64,000 nt of DNA from an uncultured candidate division Zixibacteria bacterium (GTDB lineage Bacteria > Zixibacteria > MSB-5A5 > GN15 > FEB-12): contig CAWDXE010000001.1 in assembly GCA_963806185.1 (NCBI GenBank), positions 864,001-928,000 on the forward strand, written 5' to 3'. Numbering within the stretch: the stretch's first letter is position 1; every line of letters begins with the position of its first letter. The position numbers and the translations under genes were made by a program. This document shows positions 1 to 9,625 of the stretch, piece after piece. The notes under the pieces are model-generated. The model did no database searches and was not told the DNA's origin. It saw only the letters and a list, made by a program, of their open reading frames with translations.

Positions 1-373
1 CACCGATATCGAGCAGGTCGAAGATGTCAAAATTCTCCTGGCCGACTTCGTCGCGCTTGACATAAATCTGGATTCGGTCGGTAGTATCGCGAAGGTCGGC
101 GAAAAAGACCTTCCCCATCTTCCGATTGAGCATGATGCGCCCGGTGATGCGCACGACCGTATGCTCCTGCTCAAGTGTCTCGAAATTGGCGAGCAGGTCG
201 GCGATGTGATTTGTCCAGTCGTACTTGTACGGATACGGATCGACACCCCTGGCCACCAGCTCGGCCGTCTTTTGACGGCGGATGCGGATCAGGTCGGCCA
301 ACGGTACCTGGATTTGCTCTGCTTCGGAGGGATTGTGACCCGCCGCGGGATTGTGATTCTTCTCTTCGTTCAT
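1..373 (-). CDS. lysS: Lysyl-tRNA synthetase class II, N-terminal part (runs off the window edge)
   Basis: Manual translation MNEEKNHN...RRQKTAELVARGVDPYP...VRITGRIMLNRKMGKVFFADLRDTTDRIQIYV...FDLLDIG matches the LysRS anticodon-binding OB domain. Confidence 0.92.
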   Translation of the reverse strand, partial: MNEEKNHNPAAGHNPSEAEQIQVPLADLIRIRRQKTAELVARGVDPYPYKYDWTNHIADLLANFETLEQEHTVVRITGRIMLNRKMGKVFFADLRDTTDRIQIYVKRDEVGQENFDIFDLLDIG

Positions 374-425
374 CTGTTATCCTCAACGCCCGCGACGGGG
401 CGTCCGGCGGGCTGATGCTGTTTAC

Positions 426-938
426 CTAGCGAAAATTCTTGTACTTCTTATCAACGGCTCGTTTGACTGACGGCGGTACGAGCCCTCTGATCTCGCCGCC
501 GTTGCGGGCGACATCTTTGACAATCGACGACGATAAGTAGACCCAGGAAAGCGACGGCATGAGAAAAACCGTCTCCACGTCGCGCGCCAGTTTTCGGTTC
601 ATGAGACCCATCTGAAATTCGTACTCAAAGTCGGAGACAGCTCGCAAACCGCGAATAATCGCCACCGCCTTGAGATCGTGCACGAGATCGGCAAGCATTC
701 CGTCGAAGCCGACCACGCTGACGTTCCGGCCGAGCTTGGCGGCTTTGATCGACCCGGCCATCATTGTCAGCCGCTCGTCAAAAGTGAAGGCCGGATTCTT
801 GCTCGTCCCCTTTGCCACCGCCACCACCAATTCATCAAACAGACGCGAGGCCCGTTCGATGAGCGACATATGACCGTTGGTCACCGGGTCGAACGTTCCC
901 GGATACACCGCACGACGGACCATCCGTTTGTTAGCCAT
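426..938 (-). CDS. coaD: Phosphopantetheine adenylyltransferase
   Basis: AVYPGTFDPVTNGH, IIRGLRAVSDFEYE and LSSSIVK motifs. Confidence 0.97.
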   Translation of the reverse strand: MANKRMVRRAVYPGTFDPVTNGHMSLIERASRLFDELVVAVAKGTSKNPAFTFDERLTMMAGSIKAAKLGRNVSVVGFDGMLADLVHDLKAVAIIRGLRAVSDFEYEFQMGLMNRKLARDVETVFLMPSLSWVYLSSSIVKDVARNGGEIRGLVPPSVKRAVDKKYKNFR

Positions 939-998
939 GATCTTCCAGAACTCCTCTTGTGGCTCTAAACATAGCCGGTATGATGCCGTACGGCAAGC

Positions 999-1826
999 TT
1001 ATTTGGCGAGGGTGCCGAGAGCGGCGAGGTAGGCCATGGAGAGCGGCTGACCATCCTTGTCGAGTGGCGCCAAGTCGGTCAGCCATGTCACCGGACTGAC
1101 TGGACAGAGAAACTGTTTGCCCAGTTCGGCAACGAGATGATCGTCGGCAAGCGCGCCCGTCACCAGGACGCTACCCAGCGCAGTCGGTAGACTCTCTCGC
1201 TCCAACGCCGTTGCCTGGAGATTTACCCATGTTCGCAGGTCCATGGCGAGGCGCGCGAGCAGAGTCTCGTCAGTTTCAGCAGGTATTGATACATCGCCTA
1301 ACACCAGCGGCTGGTCACGGTATATCAGGCACACGGTGGCGGACGTATCAATCTCGATGAGACAAATCAGATCAGCAGACGGACGGGTGCAGAAAGTCCG
1401 ATATCCGGCGGCGAGCGCCAGTCCGCGCGGCAGCACAGTCAGCTGCTCGTGGGCTCCGTTGAGACCGAGATGATTCGCGATCTCCTTCAGGCGACTCTTG
1501 CGGACTAAAACGGCAATGACCCGATGAGCCGGTGAAGGTTGTTCGAGCACAATCAGGTACGTCTCGAGCGGTTCAAGCAGAGACTGGGACAGTTCGAACA
1601 GGGTGCGCGCCTGCCAATCGCTGGCTTCCGCCAACCGAACGATCCTGACGAGTGCCTCCGACGAGGGCAGACAGAGGGAAATGGCAGTGACGCATTCATG
1701 ATCGACGGTGAGTGCACCTTGATTATTCGCCGTGGCCGTATCGAAGCTCACGAGGGAATCATCAAACCGGGGGCGCACCGTGCGCAAGGTGGAACCGGTC
1801 CAGTCGAGTCCGAGGCGGCCGCTCAT
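999..1826 (-). CDS. Hypothetical protein, possibly a degenerate PilM/actin-fold protein
   Basis: 275 aa ORF overlapping the ComEA-like stop; N-terminal LGLDWTG and C-terminal VLVTGA...YLAALG resemble PilM patterns. Confidence 0.45.
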   Translation of the reverse strand: MSGRLGLDWTGSTLRTVRPRFDDSLVSFDTATANNQGALTVDHECVTAISLCLPSSEALVRIVRLAEASDWQARTLFELSQSLLEPLETYLIVLEQPSPAHRVIAVLVRKSRLKEIANHLGLNGAHEQLTVLPRGLALAAGYRTFCTRPSADLICLIEIDTSATVCLIYRDQPLVLGDVSIPAETDETLLARLAMDLRTWVNLQATALERESLPTALGSVLVTGALADDHLVAELGKQFLCPVSPVTWLTDLAPLDKDGQPLSMAYLAALGTLAK

Positions 1827-2200
1827 CGATTCACCCTCAGATACGGCTTGATCTGCTCGTAGAGTTTCGGCCCGATACCATGCACCTCGGTGATGTCGAT
1901 TTCGCGCGCAAAGTGATGGGTGACGCGATATTCAACAATGCGATCGGCGAGTGTCCGACCGATGCCGGGGAGCAACTCGAGCGAATCGGCCGGGGCAGTA
2001 TTGGGGTCGAGCACAAACAGGCCGGTGAATTTGATGTCGCTATCGCCGAGTACGACCGGCAGTGGGGGCGGGGTCGAGGTAGGGGTGGCGTATGATCTGA
2101 TCAGCAGATAGGCAGTGAGGCAGAGCGCCGTGATGGACAGGACCATAAGGACGCGGAGTTGTGCCGGTGAGAAGTCGAAGTATCGGTTTATGCTGATCAT
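1823..2200 (-). CDS. ComEA-like helix-hairpin-helix DNA-binding protein
   Basis: N-terminal TM segment, then LDPNTAPADSLELLPGIGRTLADRIVEYR...EVHGIGPK (two HhH motifs). Confidence 0.88.
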   Translation of the reverse strand: MISINRYFDFSPAQLRVLMVLSITALCLTAYLLIRSYATPTSTPPPLPVVLGDSDIKFTGLFVLDPNTAPADSLELLPGIGRTLADRIVEYRVTHHFAREIDITEVHGIGPKLYEQIKPYLRVNR

Positions 2201-2366
2201 GGTATTCACCCGTGGTGAGGGGACAATATAGCGGAAGTGGTGGAAAAGGCAAATGGAGACATGAGGAGTAGTTTGCCTGAGTTGTCGTTCTGTGAAATAC
2301 AATACAAGTGGTCACTCGTTCCTAATATTCTGCAACACACGATCATAACACCCATCGCTCAACGAA

Positions 2367-2430
2367 TTGTCATTCCGGGTCGTGTAGAATCAAGCGCCAG
2401 CTTGATTCTACATGGCCCGGAATCCATGGG
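2367..2430. repeat. REP-like palindromic element (left flank of the GIY-YIG gene)
   Basis: TTGTCATTCCGG-[stem tgtagaatcaagc/gcttgattctaca]-CCGGAATCCATGGG. Confidence 0.8.
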
Positions 2431-2466
2431 ACCGAACAGCATTCACGGACTGTCCCCCCGCTCCGA

Positions 2467-2769
2467 TCATACCTCTCTGCCGCCCACCTCTTCTCCCAAA
2501 TCCCGCCATTCAGGATTGAAACTATTGATGAGTTTCTCTTTCTCGGCGCGACTCATGTTCTTGATCTGCTTCTCTCGGGCGATTGCGGCACGGATGTCTG
2601 TTGTCTGCTCGAAGTACACAAGTTTCCATACGTTGTAGATTCGCGTGAAGTGAGAGCCGTCACCCCGGCGGTGTTTGGCCAGGCGCACCGGCAGGTTCGA
2701 CGTTACGCCGGTGTAGAGGGCCGTATTCCGACTCGTTGTAAGCATATAGACAAAGCAATTGTAGGTCAC
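2467..2769 (-). CDS. Stand-alone GIY-YIG nuclease family protein
   Basis: FVYMLTTSRNTALYTGVTSNL...LVYFE...AIAREKQIK...NPEWRDL; GTG start at 2769 chosen because the longer ORF begins inside the flanking repeat. Confidence 0.9.
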   Translation of the reverse strand: MTYNCFVYMLTTSRNTALYTGVTSNLPVRLAKHRRGDGSHFTRIYNVWKLVYFEQTTDIRAAIAREKQIKNMSRAEKEKLINSFNPEWRDLGEEVGGREV

Positions 2770-2827
2770 ACGGGAAGAGTAATGGGCGGAACTGACAGGG
2801 GCCGTCAGTGAAAATTGAAGAAATCGA

Positions 2828-2862
2828 CCCATGGATTCCGGACCTTCGGTCCGGAATGACAA
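2828..2862. repeat. REP-like palindromic element (right flank of the GIY-YIG gene, inverted relative to 2367-2430)
   Basis: CCCATGGATTCCGGACC-TTC-GGTCCGGAATGACAA. Confidence 0.8.
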
Positions 2863-2899
2863 TGGAGGGGGCGGTTCGAGCCCACTTCAGTGAGGCAGG

Positions 2900-3436
2900 C
2901 TACCGCAAACCGAGCCGGGCGGCGTCGACACCGTCAGGCAGTGGCAACAGCTTCCCTTCGCTGGCCAGCAATGCCTCCAGACCTTCGCTGGTCTGGTTCT
3001 CGAGCGACTCCAGCCGATGCGCCAGCTTGCTGGAATAGATACCGAACAGCGGATGACGGCCATCTTTGCCTGCATAGCCGAGGAACATCTCGCCGTGGTA
3101 ATTGCGCACCAGATCGACAATCAATTCCAGCGGAAAATCGGCGGCGTCGGTAGAACCGACAAAGGCAGCCTCGGCGTTGGCCTGTTTCAGCGCGGCAGTG
3201 AGGCCGGCGATCGGTTTGTGCTCCGCGGCAGCGTCGCAAACGTGGGGATAGTTGAGATACCGCTCCTTCGCCTGATCTGGTTTGAGGACGAGCCAGACGC
3301 GTTCGAAGAGGGAGGCGTAGCGACGGTAGGTCCGTTCGAGCCGGGTCAGGTCGCCATCAGTCTGAAAGTCCTCGATGCAATTGGATTTTCCTCCGGCCAG
3401 GAGGAAGCAGGGCATCTCGCGAAACGATTGGGTCAT
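2900..3436 (-). CDS. MobA-like NTP transferase family protein (divergent)
   Basis: LLAGGKS N-terminus, PIAGLTAAL, HPLFGIYS. Confidence 0.7.
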   Translation of the reverse strand: MTQSFREMPCFLLAGGKSNCIEDFQTDGDLTRLERTYRRYASLFERVWLVLKPDQAKERYLNYPHVCDAAAEHKPIAGLTAALKQANAEAAFVGSTDAADFPLELIVDLVRNYHGEMFLGYAGKDGRHPLFGIYSSKLAHRLESLENQTSEGLEALLASEGKLLPLPDGVDAARLGLR

Positions 3437-3716
3437 GGGTCTCCCTTGTGTCAGATAGAGTCCGACCCTCTATCGGGGTGGTGGCCGAAGACCGTTTTGG
3501 GGTTGCTTCCGGATACCGGAAACTAAAACAACGACAACGGGAGTCTATGCGCAAGGGAAAAACAAGAAATTCTGAAGTTGCGCGCTGGGGGGCAGAAATC
3601 GCCAAATTGGGGTCCTTGTCACCGCTTGACAAGCTTCGCCGGCTGTCGCTATCATTAAGCAAATGTGGTACAGATGGTCCATCGCAACGCCCTCAATGCA
3701 CGCCCAGAGGTTCCGC

Positions 3717-4316
3717 ATGACAGACTCACATTTTTTCTCTCGCACTACGCAAATCGCCATCGCGGTGTTCCTTATCCTGCTCTGCGCCTGCGCTCCGAAA
3801 TTGGGCGCACCGAGCGAAGGGATCACGAATCAGTTTTTTCGCGAGTTTGGCGGGCAAACTATACCGGAGCCGAAATATGATTTCTCCCGCCTCGAGAAGG
3901 GTTACGGGCTGTTCGTATTCAGTTTCGAATCCAAACAACTTGTCGGTGACCGCACAACCGGATTCGACGAAAACAAACGAAGCGGCTTGTGCATTTGGGA
4001 ATACCTGTTCCGCGATATGTCGGGGTTGGCGCCGGTAGTAATCTCGCGTGATTTCGCGGCCGTCAGCAAAGGAAATATCGGTTACCTGGGCTTGCCTGAT
4101 GCCTGGAAGACGTGCATCAACGCCACTTTTCTCGCAGGGCGCGTTGTATATGGCGGACGGATCGAGATCGAACTGGAAAACAATCGCCTCTTTCCTCCGG
4201 AAGTGACCAACAAGGGTGAAGAGGATCTGGCCGCATTTTTGAAAGCCTGTCCAGATTCGAGCCTCGTGCTTCCGATCGACACGGTGCTGATGCTGCTGGG
4301 ATATCCGTCGAGATGA
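3717..4316 (+). CDS. Hypothetical lipoprotein
   Basis: Hydrophobic signal ending in LCAC (lipobox-like); GAGG upstream of the ATG. Confidence 0.6.
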   Translation: MTDSHFFSRTTQIAIAVFLILLCACAPKLGAPSEGITNQFFREFGGQTIPEPKYDFSRLEKGYGLFVFSFESKQLVGDRTTGFDENKRSGLCIWEYLFRDMSGLAPVVISRDFAAVSKGNIGYLGLPDAWKTCINATFLAGRVVYGGRIEIELENNRLFPPEVTNKGEEDLAAFLKACPDSSLVLPIDTVLMLLGYPSR

Positions 4317-4503
4317 CAGCCGATGGGCGATCATAATTCGGAGCCGACACGCGACAATGCTTCATTTGAAAGCGGGTAGCGCACCCCGGAAGCGGACATT
4401 TTGACCCACAAATTCAGGATTTCCTATTGACCCTCCACTCTTCCGTAGATTAGATTAATCCTGAACGTGGTCGTTCGCGTCTATCTCTCAGTGAGGGAGT
4501 TCT

Positions 4504-5575
4504 ATGATGATTTATACAAAGCGAAATCTCGCGGCGGTCGTGCTGCTGGGCATCGGCCTCATTCTCCTCCTGTTGGTTGCCTGCGATGACCCCGGCGGGC
4601 TTCAGCCTCCGGTCGTCCAACGCGCCATGGACATGTCATTGAGCCGGAGCGACTGGGAACCGGCGTCGTTTCCGGTACAGCTGGGTGATCGCTTCGAGCG
4701 CGCCAAGCTGCTCTGGCACAATGCCCGCGAAATCGAAATTCCCCCGGTCTACCGCCGGCACCCTTCGTGGAGCATTCCGTTCCGCCTCATTCTTCGTCCC
4801 AGTCAGGACGGCACACTGTATGATGAAACGATAGTAACCTCGGATTCGCTCGGAAGAAAATGGAATGGGTTGATGACCAGACTCAGCGATGAAATCAAAT
4901 GGGATCAGGTCGACTATCTGTATGTCATCGGCCGAACGAACGGTGCGGTACTGCATATCGATCTGGGGCGTATTAGCGAGGATCGGAACGGCAACGGCAT
5001 AAATGACACTGAGGACAAGGACGGTAACTTCTACGTCAGCGAGGATGAAGATACGGGATCCGGACGGTGTTCCCGACATTCTAGAACCGGGTTACGATCC
5101 GGCAACGAATCGCGATCCGCGTCACGATGACTGGTATTTTGAAGGGGAAGGCATCTGTCCCGTGGCCCCAGCTCTTTGTGGGAACCTGCAACTTTGGGAT
5201 GAGCCAACTGATTCGCTCTACTACGAGTTTCTCAACGGAACAGAAGGAAACCGACGCGACCCATCTACGCTCGGGATGCCGGACGATGAGCTCTTTGGCA
5301 TCAGCGTCATGAAACAGGTTGACGATTACTATTCGTACCGAATCGATTTTGCGGCCGATTCATTCGTCGTACCGGGGTCGGACGTGAACGGATGGCGGAT
5401 ATATCGCATTCCAGTCAAGAGTGCCCTCGCCGCCGAGACGACCTTTGCGGAGCCCGGAATCGCGCCGAAATGGGACAACTCCGGGATGATGCACATGCGG
5501 GCATGGGTGGCATCAGATGGGGGTGGCGATGAGACGATAGACACGGTTCTTATCGCGCGCTGGTATGTGGAGTAG
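4504..5575 (+). CDS. Lipoprotein with a SprA(Sov)-like internal domain, frameshift near 5058
   Basis: Lipobox LVAC; RAKLLWHN, KWNGLMTRL, LHIDLGRISED..NG..DTED, NGTEGN, YSYRIDF, WRIYRIP; two ORFs join across one indel. Confidence 0.6.
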
Positions 5576-5688
5576 GTGGGCAGTGACCGTTCTTCGATCG
5601 GCCCATGTCACCTGCTCGGAGGCTGGAATCCTCCCCTACAAATGAAAAGTGCGGCCGGGCATCAAGCCTGACCGCACAAGGACAAACT

Positions 5689-5718
5689 CTGGATGCCCGA
5701 TCAAGGTGGGCATGACAG
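5689..5718. repeat. REP-like hairpin variant between convergent genes
   Basis: CTGGATGCCCGA-TCAAGG-TGGGCATGACAG, with the same ATGAC tail as the repeat family. Confidence 0.5.
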
Positions 5719-5726
5719 TGGGGAAA

Positions 5727-6287
5727 CTACTCGGTCTCTTCCTCACTCACCGTCCCGGAGACCTGACGGAGTATCTTGAGATGGGTCAGCTCCTTGTCGG
5801 CTTCCATTCCCCAACCGGTCACCACATCCTTCCCCTTGCGGGTGATCTTCACGAAAGCATCGGTCTGAATCTTGTTGATGTCCGGATTCCAAACCAGGTA
5901 ATCGGTCTCCAGCACCGAGTTTTCCTTGGTGTTGACGACAACATGGCCGAAAATCTGCAGATGGCCGGTGTTCTCGCGGATAACGCTTGAATCGCCAACG
6001 ACATTTGAGGTCACCTGGCCGAGCGTGTCGAGGAAATCGACAACGACCGTGTATGCGGCCGTCGAGTCCTTCACCTCGAAGCGGCGAACGCGGTCAGCCT
6101 GGACCTCGGTGGTCACCCGGCTGCCTTCATAGAGATGGATGCGTGCCCCGATCACTTCGGTGTCAGGGCGAGTTGACGTATCCGTGGATGCAGGGACGGT
6201 GCTCGAGGATTTCTCCGACGTGCAGCCGGCCTGAATCAACAGAGCCAATACGATCAAAGTTAAGAATTTGCGTATCAAGAGTTTCAT
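5727..6287 (-). CDS. lptC: LPS export periplasmic protein LptC
   Basis: GHVVVNTKENSVLETDYLVWN...IQTDAFVKITRKGKDVVTGWGMEAD; downstream of the kds genes. Confidence 0.85.
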   Translation of the reverse strand: MKLLIRKFLTLIVLALLIQAGCTSEKSSSTVPASTDTSTRPDTEVIGARIHLYEGSRVTTEVQADRVRRFEVKDSTAAYTVVVDFLDTLGQVTSNVVGDSSVIRENTGHLQIFGHVVVNTKENSVLETDYLVWNPDINKIQTDAFVKITRKGKDVVTGWGMEADKELTHLKILRQVSGTVSEEETE

Positions 6288-6501
6288 TAGTCCTTTCCGA
6301 CTCCAATATCGGCGGCAAGATGGGAATATCGAGCCCCAAGTCAAGGCCGATTATGAGCGAGAGGCCTTCCGCCACCTCACAGACCAACTTAACGCATTGT
6401 GGTTCATATTAGTACAATAATGTCGAGTCGAAAGATCACTTTGTGAGACCTTCCACTATTGGGACGAACCTGTGGCAGTGTTGGAGCAATACTCTCATGA
6501 G

Positions 6502-6510
6502 TTATCCACA
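6502..6510 (+). promoter_or_regulatory. Perfect DnaA box within a gene-free interval (candidate oriC)
   Basis: TTATCCACA; degenerate boxes nearby at 6398-6406 and 6616-6624. Confidence 0.4.
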
Positions 6511-6714
6511 ACGGGATGATGGCCTGCAGTGAAGTAGTTTGACGTATTTCAAGTGATTGTGCGGGCTGTATGAGAGAATAGAGCGTCAGGATCACCCGCT
6601 AGGAAGCGGGGATCCTTACCGACAAGACTGCCTGACCGACAAGAATCCCTCGCGATTATAGATGTTAGATAATTCGTGGACAGAATTCTGATATGTTGTG
6701 GTTGGGAAAGGGGA

Positions 6715-6770
6715 ATTCTGGACCTGATTGGCTTAATCGGAGCTTAAGCCAATCAGATCCAGAATGACAA
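6715..6770. repeat. REP-like hairpin with an extended stem
   Basis: ATTCTGGA-CCTGATTGGCTTAA..TTAAGCCAATCAG-ATCCAGAATGACAA. Confidence 0.75.
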
Positions 6771-6819
6771 CGTGAGACGTGATAGACAATGACGTTGGGT
6801 GAAGTCCGACGAGATTCGT

Positions 6820-7788
6820 CTAAACCAGTTTGGAGCGCAGGATGTCGTGGAGATGGAGAATACCGGTCAGGTGACCGTCATCGTCGACCGTGGGGAGCTG
6901 GGTGATCGAGTACTTCTCCATGAGGGCCAGGGCGGCGTCGAGTACGGCGCTCTGATTGATCCGTTTGGGATTGGCGATCATCACCTGTCTTGCGGTGAGG
7001 GTGCTGAAGTCGCGTTCGCGTTCGACCAGACGGCGCAGGTCGCCGTCGGTGAAGATTCCGGCCAGCCGGCCGTCCGAGTGAGTCATGGTAACGCAACCGA
7101 GCCGTTTGGATGTCATTTCCAACATCAATTGCGGCATGGTGGCGTCCGGGGCGACCATGGGGATCGAGTCACCGCCGTGATGAACCTCGAAGACATGCTT
7201 GAGCAGTCGCCGTCCGAGCGAGCCGCCGGGGTGCAGGGCGGCGAAATCGTCGGGGCCGAAGTCGCGAGCGCGCAGGAGAGCAAGGGCGAGGGCATCACCC
7301 ATCACGAGAGCGGCGGTTGATGACGAGGTCGGCACGAGGTTGTTGGGACACGCCTCTGTCTGGACAGAACAATCGAGCGCGATATCCGCCTTTTGGTAGA
7401 GCGGCGAACCGATGGTGCCACCGAGCATGATGATGCAGGCCCCGAGCCGGCGGGCGGCGACGATAATCGTCTCGAGCTCGTCGAGCGACCCCGACTTAGA
7501 GATGACCAACATGACATCCTCGCCGCGAAGGAGACCGAGATCGCCGTGCATAGCTTCGGCGGGGTGCAGAAAAATGGAAGCGACACCGGTTGAATTGAAA
7601 GTGGCGGCGATCTTGCGGCCGATCAGACCGCTCTTGCCGATGCCGGTGACGATAACTCGACCCTTACAGTCGTGAAGTCTCTGCACCGCGTTCGAGAAGT
7701 TCTCATCGAGGCGGTCGGCCATGGCGGCGACCGCCTCAGCTTCCATTTTGATGACCTCGCGGCCGTAATTGACGTGGTCCTTCTTCAT
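6820..7788 (-). CDS. kdsD: Arabinose-5-phosphate isomerase (KpsF/GutQ; SIS plus CBS domains)
   Basis: GIGKSG, HPAEAMHGDLG, EACPNNLVPTSS, HPGGSLG, FTDGDLRR. Confidence 0.96.
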   Translation of the reverse strand: MKKDHVNYGREVIKMEAEAVAAMADRLDENFSNAVQRLHDCKGRVIVTGIGKSGLIGRKIAATFNSTGVASIFLHPAEAMHGDLGLLRGEDVMLVISKSGSLDELETIIVAARRLGACIIMLGGTIGSPLYQKADIALDCSVQTEACPNNLVPTSSSTAALVMGDALALALLRARDFGPDDFAALHPGGSLGRRLLKHVFEVHHGGDSIPMVAPDATMPQLMLEMTSKRLGCVTMTHSDGRLAGIFTDGDLRRLVERERDFSTLTARQVMIANPKRINQSAVLDAALALMEKYSITQLPTVDDDGHLTGILHLHDILRSKLV

Positions 7789-8315
7789 ACGATCAATTTC
7801 AACGGGTCGATGTTGTGTGCCTCGAAATAGCATTCAATGATCTCGCGAATTGCGCCCTTGCCGCCCTTACGGGCAGTGACGTAATCCACCACCGTCAGGT
7901 AGCGACTTGAGGCATCGGCCACGGCAATCGCCAGCCCGACCTTGTCGGCCAGTTTGATATCGAGAAGGTCGTTGCCAACGTAGGCGACCTGCTCGTAGTC
8001 CACACCCAACTCCTTAAGCAGCGGGTCGATCATCTCGACCTTGTTGCGCTTGCCCTGCAGAACGTGCTTGATGCCGAGGTCCTTCATGCGTGAATCGGTT
8101 GCGGGAGAGTAGCGCCCCGAGACAATGACGATGGGAATGCCGGCTTTCATTGCCAACGCCATGTAGAAACCATCGGAGATATTGAATTTCTTCATTTCGA
8201 ATCCGTCGGGACCGAAAAAGAGCGAGTCGTCGGTGAGTACGCCGTCAACATCCATAGCCAGTACCTTGATCGCGCGCAAACGCTCGACAAACTGTTCTCG
8301 CGTGAGGCTGGGCAT
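7785..8315 (-). CDS. kdsC: KDO-8-phosphate phosphatase
   Basis: DVDGVLTD HAD motif, GGKGAIRE; kds operon context. Confidence 0.93.
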   Translation of the reverse strand: MPSLTREQFVERLRAIKVLAMDVDGVLTDDSLFFGPDGFEMKKFNISDGFYMALAMKAGIPIVIVSGRYSPATDSRMKDLGIKHVLQGKRNKVEMIDPLLKELGVDYEQVAYVGNDLLDIKLADKVGLAIAVADASSRYLTVVDYVTARKGGKGAIREIIECYFEAHNIDPLKLIV

Positions 8316-8316
8316 A

Positions 8317-9126
8317 TCAGTGCGACGCTCCTGTTGTGGCGGTTTTCACCTGCACTATATTTTGAATGAGCGATTCCATTTTGTCGAGCGGCAGCATGGC
8401 ACCGGCATCGGAGAGGGCTTTCGACGGGTCCGGATGGGTTTCGACAAAGAGACCGTCAATGCCGATCGCCACGGCGGCCCGGGCCATCGGAATGACATAC
8501 TCGGGCTGACCGGTGGATACGTTGCCGCCTCCGCCGGGAAGTTGCAGCGAGTGAGTTACATCATAGATCACCGGAAGTCCGATCCGCTTCATGATGACAA
8601 AGGATCGAAAATCGACGACGAGATTGCGATAGCCAAAGGTGGTGCCTCGCTCAGTGAGCATGACGCGCTTGGAGTTGGCCTTCTCCGCAATTCTCGCCAT
8701 GTCTTCGGGGGCGAGGAATTGCCCCTTCTTGATGTTCACCCATCGTCCGGAGGCCGCTGCTTTGGCGACCAGATCGGTCTGGCGGCAGAGGAACGCCGGT
8801 ATTTGCAGGACATCGACCACGCGCGCGACCGCATCGACCTCAACTGTTTCGTGAATGTCGGAGAGCACGGGTACGTTGAAATCCTTACGGATTTTTTCGA
8901 GAATAGCGAGTCCCTCGGTGAAACCGAGGCCGGTGAATGAACCGGCGGAAAGGCGGTTGGCTTTTTTATATGACGCTTTGAAAATATAGGGCACGTTGTA
9001 GCGCTGACAGAGCGCGACCATCTTTTCAGCGACGCGCCGACAGAGATCCTCGGATTCAATAACACATGGCCCGGCGATGAGCACAAATTCACCGGCTTCC
9101 ATTCTTTCGAGGGCGGTCCTATTCAT
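8317..9126 (-). CDS. kdsA: KDO-8-phosphate synthase
   Basis: AGPCVIES, KANRLS, QIPAFLCRQT, KKGQF, TERG. Confidence 0.97.
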   Translation of the reverse strand: MNRTALERMEAGEFVLIAGPCVIESEDLCRRVAEKMVALCQRYNVPYIFKASYKKANRLSAGSFTGLGFTEGLAILEKIRKDFNVPVLSDIHETVEVDAVARVVDVLQIPAFLCRQTDLVAKAAASGRWVNIKKGQFLAPEDMARIAEKANSKRVMLTERGTTFGYRNLVVDFRSFVIMKRIGLPVIYDVTHSLQLPGGGGNVSTGQPEYVIPMARAAVAIGIDGLFVETHPDPSKALSDAGAMLPLDKMESLIQNIVQVKTATTGASH

Positions 9127-9226
9127 GCGGGCGAATATACGGTGCTCAAGTAGGGTTGTCAGTATTAATGTAGGTGCTTCAGGTGTCTGGGTTTGTTGTC
9201 GCCAAACGACTTACAGCAGAGGCGAT

Positions 9227-9619
9227 CTACTCGGCATTTTTGCGCAGGTGCCAGCGGATGGTGTCGCCGGCCTGGACCGGGCGTTTATTGGCGGCCACCT
9301 CACCCATGGTATCGTTCACCGAATACACCCAGAACGCATCGGCAGTAGCGTGAATCGAATCTATGCTTTTCACAAACGCACCGATCGCGCTCGCTTGATA
9401 GTCAACTCTGTGGGAAGCGTTCAAGAGGTCAAAAACATTGGTGGAATCCGCTCCGATCAGGGTGATGACGATACTGTCACGATTCTGGCCGGCGCTCGCC
9501 AGGCGAGGGGCATCGGCTTGAGTTGATTCGCTCTTCCGCGCGGAGTCGTCGATGGAACGGCAGGCGAAAACGGCAAGGCAGAGGAGAATCGAAGCTACCG
9601 CAGGGAAAGATCGCATCAT
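9227..9619 (-). CDS. DUF4430-like (transcobalamin C-terminal-like) lipoprotein
   Basis: Lipobox VFAC; GAFVKSID...FWVYSVND...VQAGDTIRW. Confidence 0.7.
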   Translation of the reverse strand: MMRSFPAVASILLCLAVFACRSIDDSARKSESTQADAPRLASAGQNRDSIVITLIGADSTNVFDLLNASHRVDYQASAIGAFVKSIDSIHATADAFWVYSVNDTMGEVAANKRPVQAGDTIRWHLRKNAE

Positions 9620-9625
9620 TTTGAT

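Noticed and set aside
3440..3540. Hairpin-rich leader of the MobA-like gene (Moco riboswitch?)
   Set aside because: Hairpins are present but I could not match the Moco RNA consensus; needs an Infernal/Rfam search
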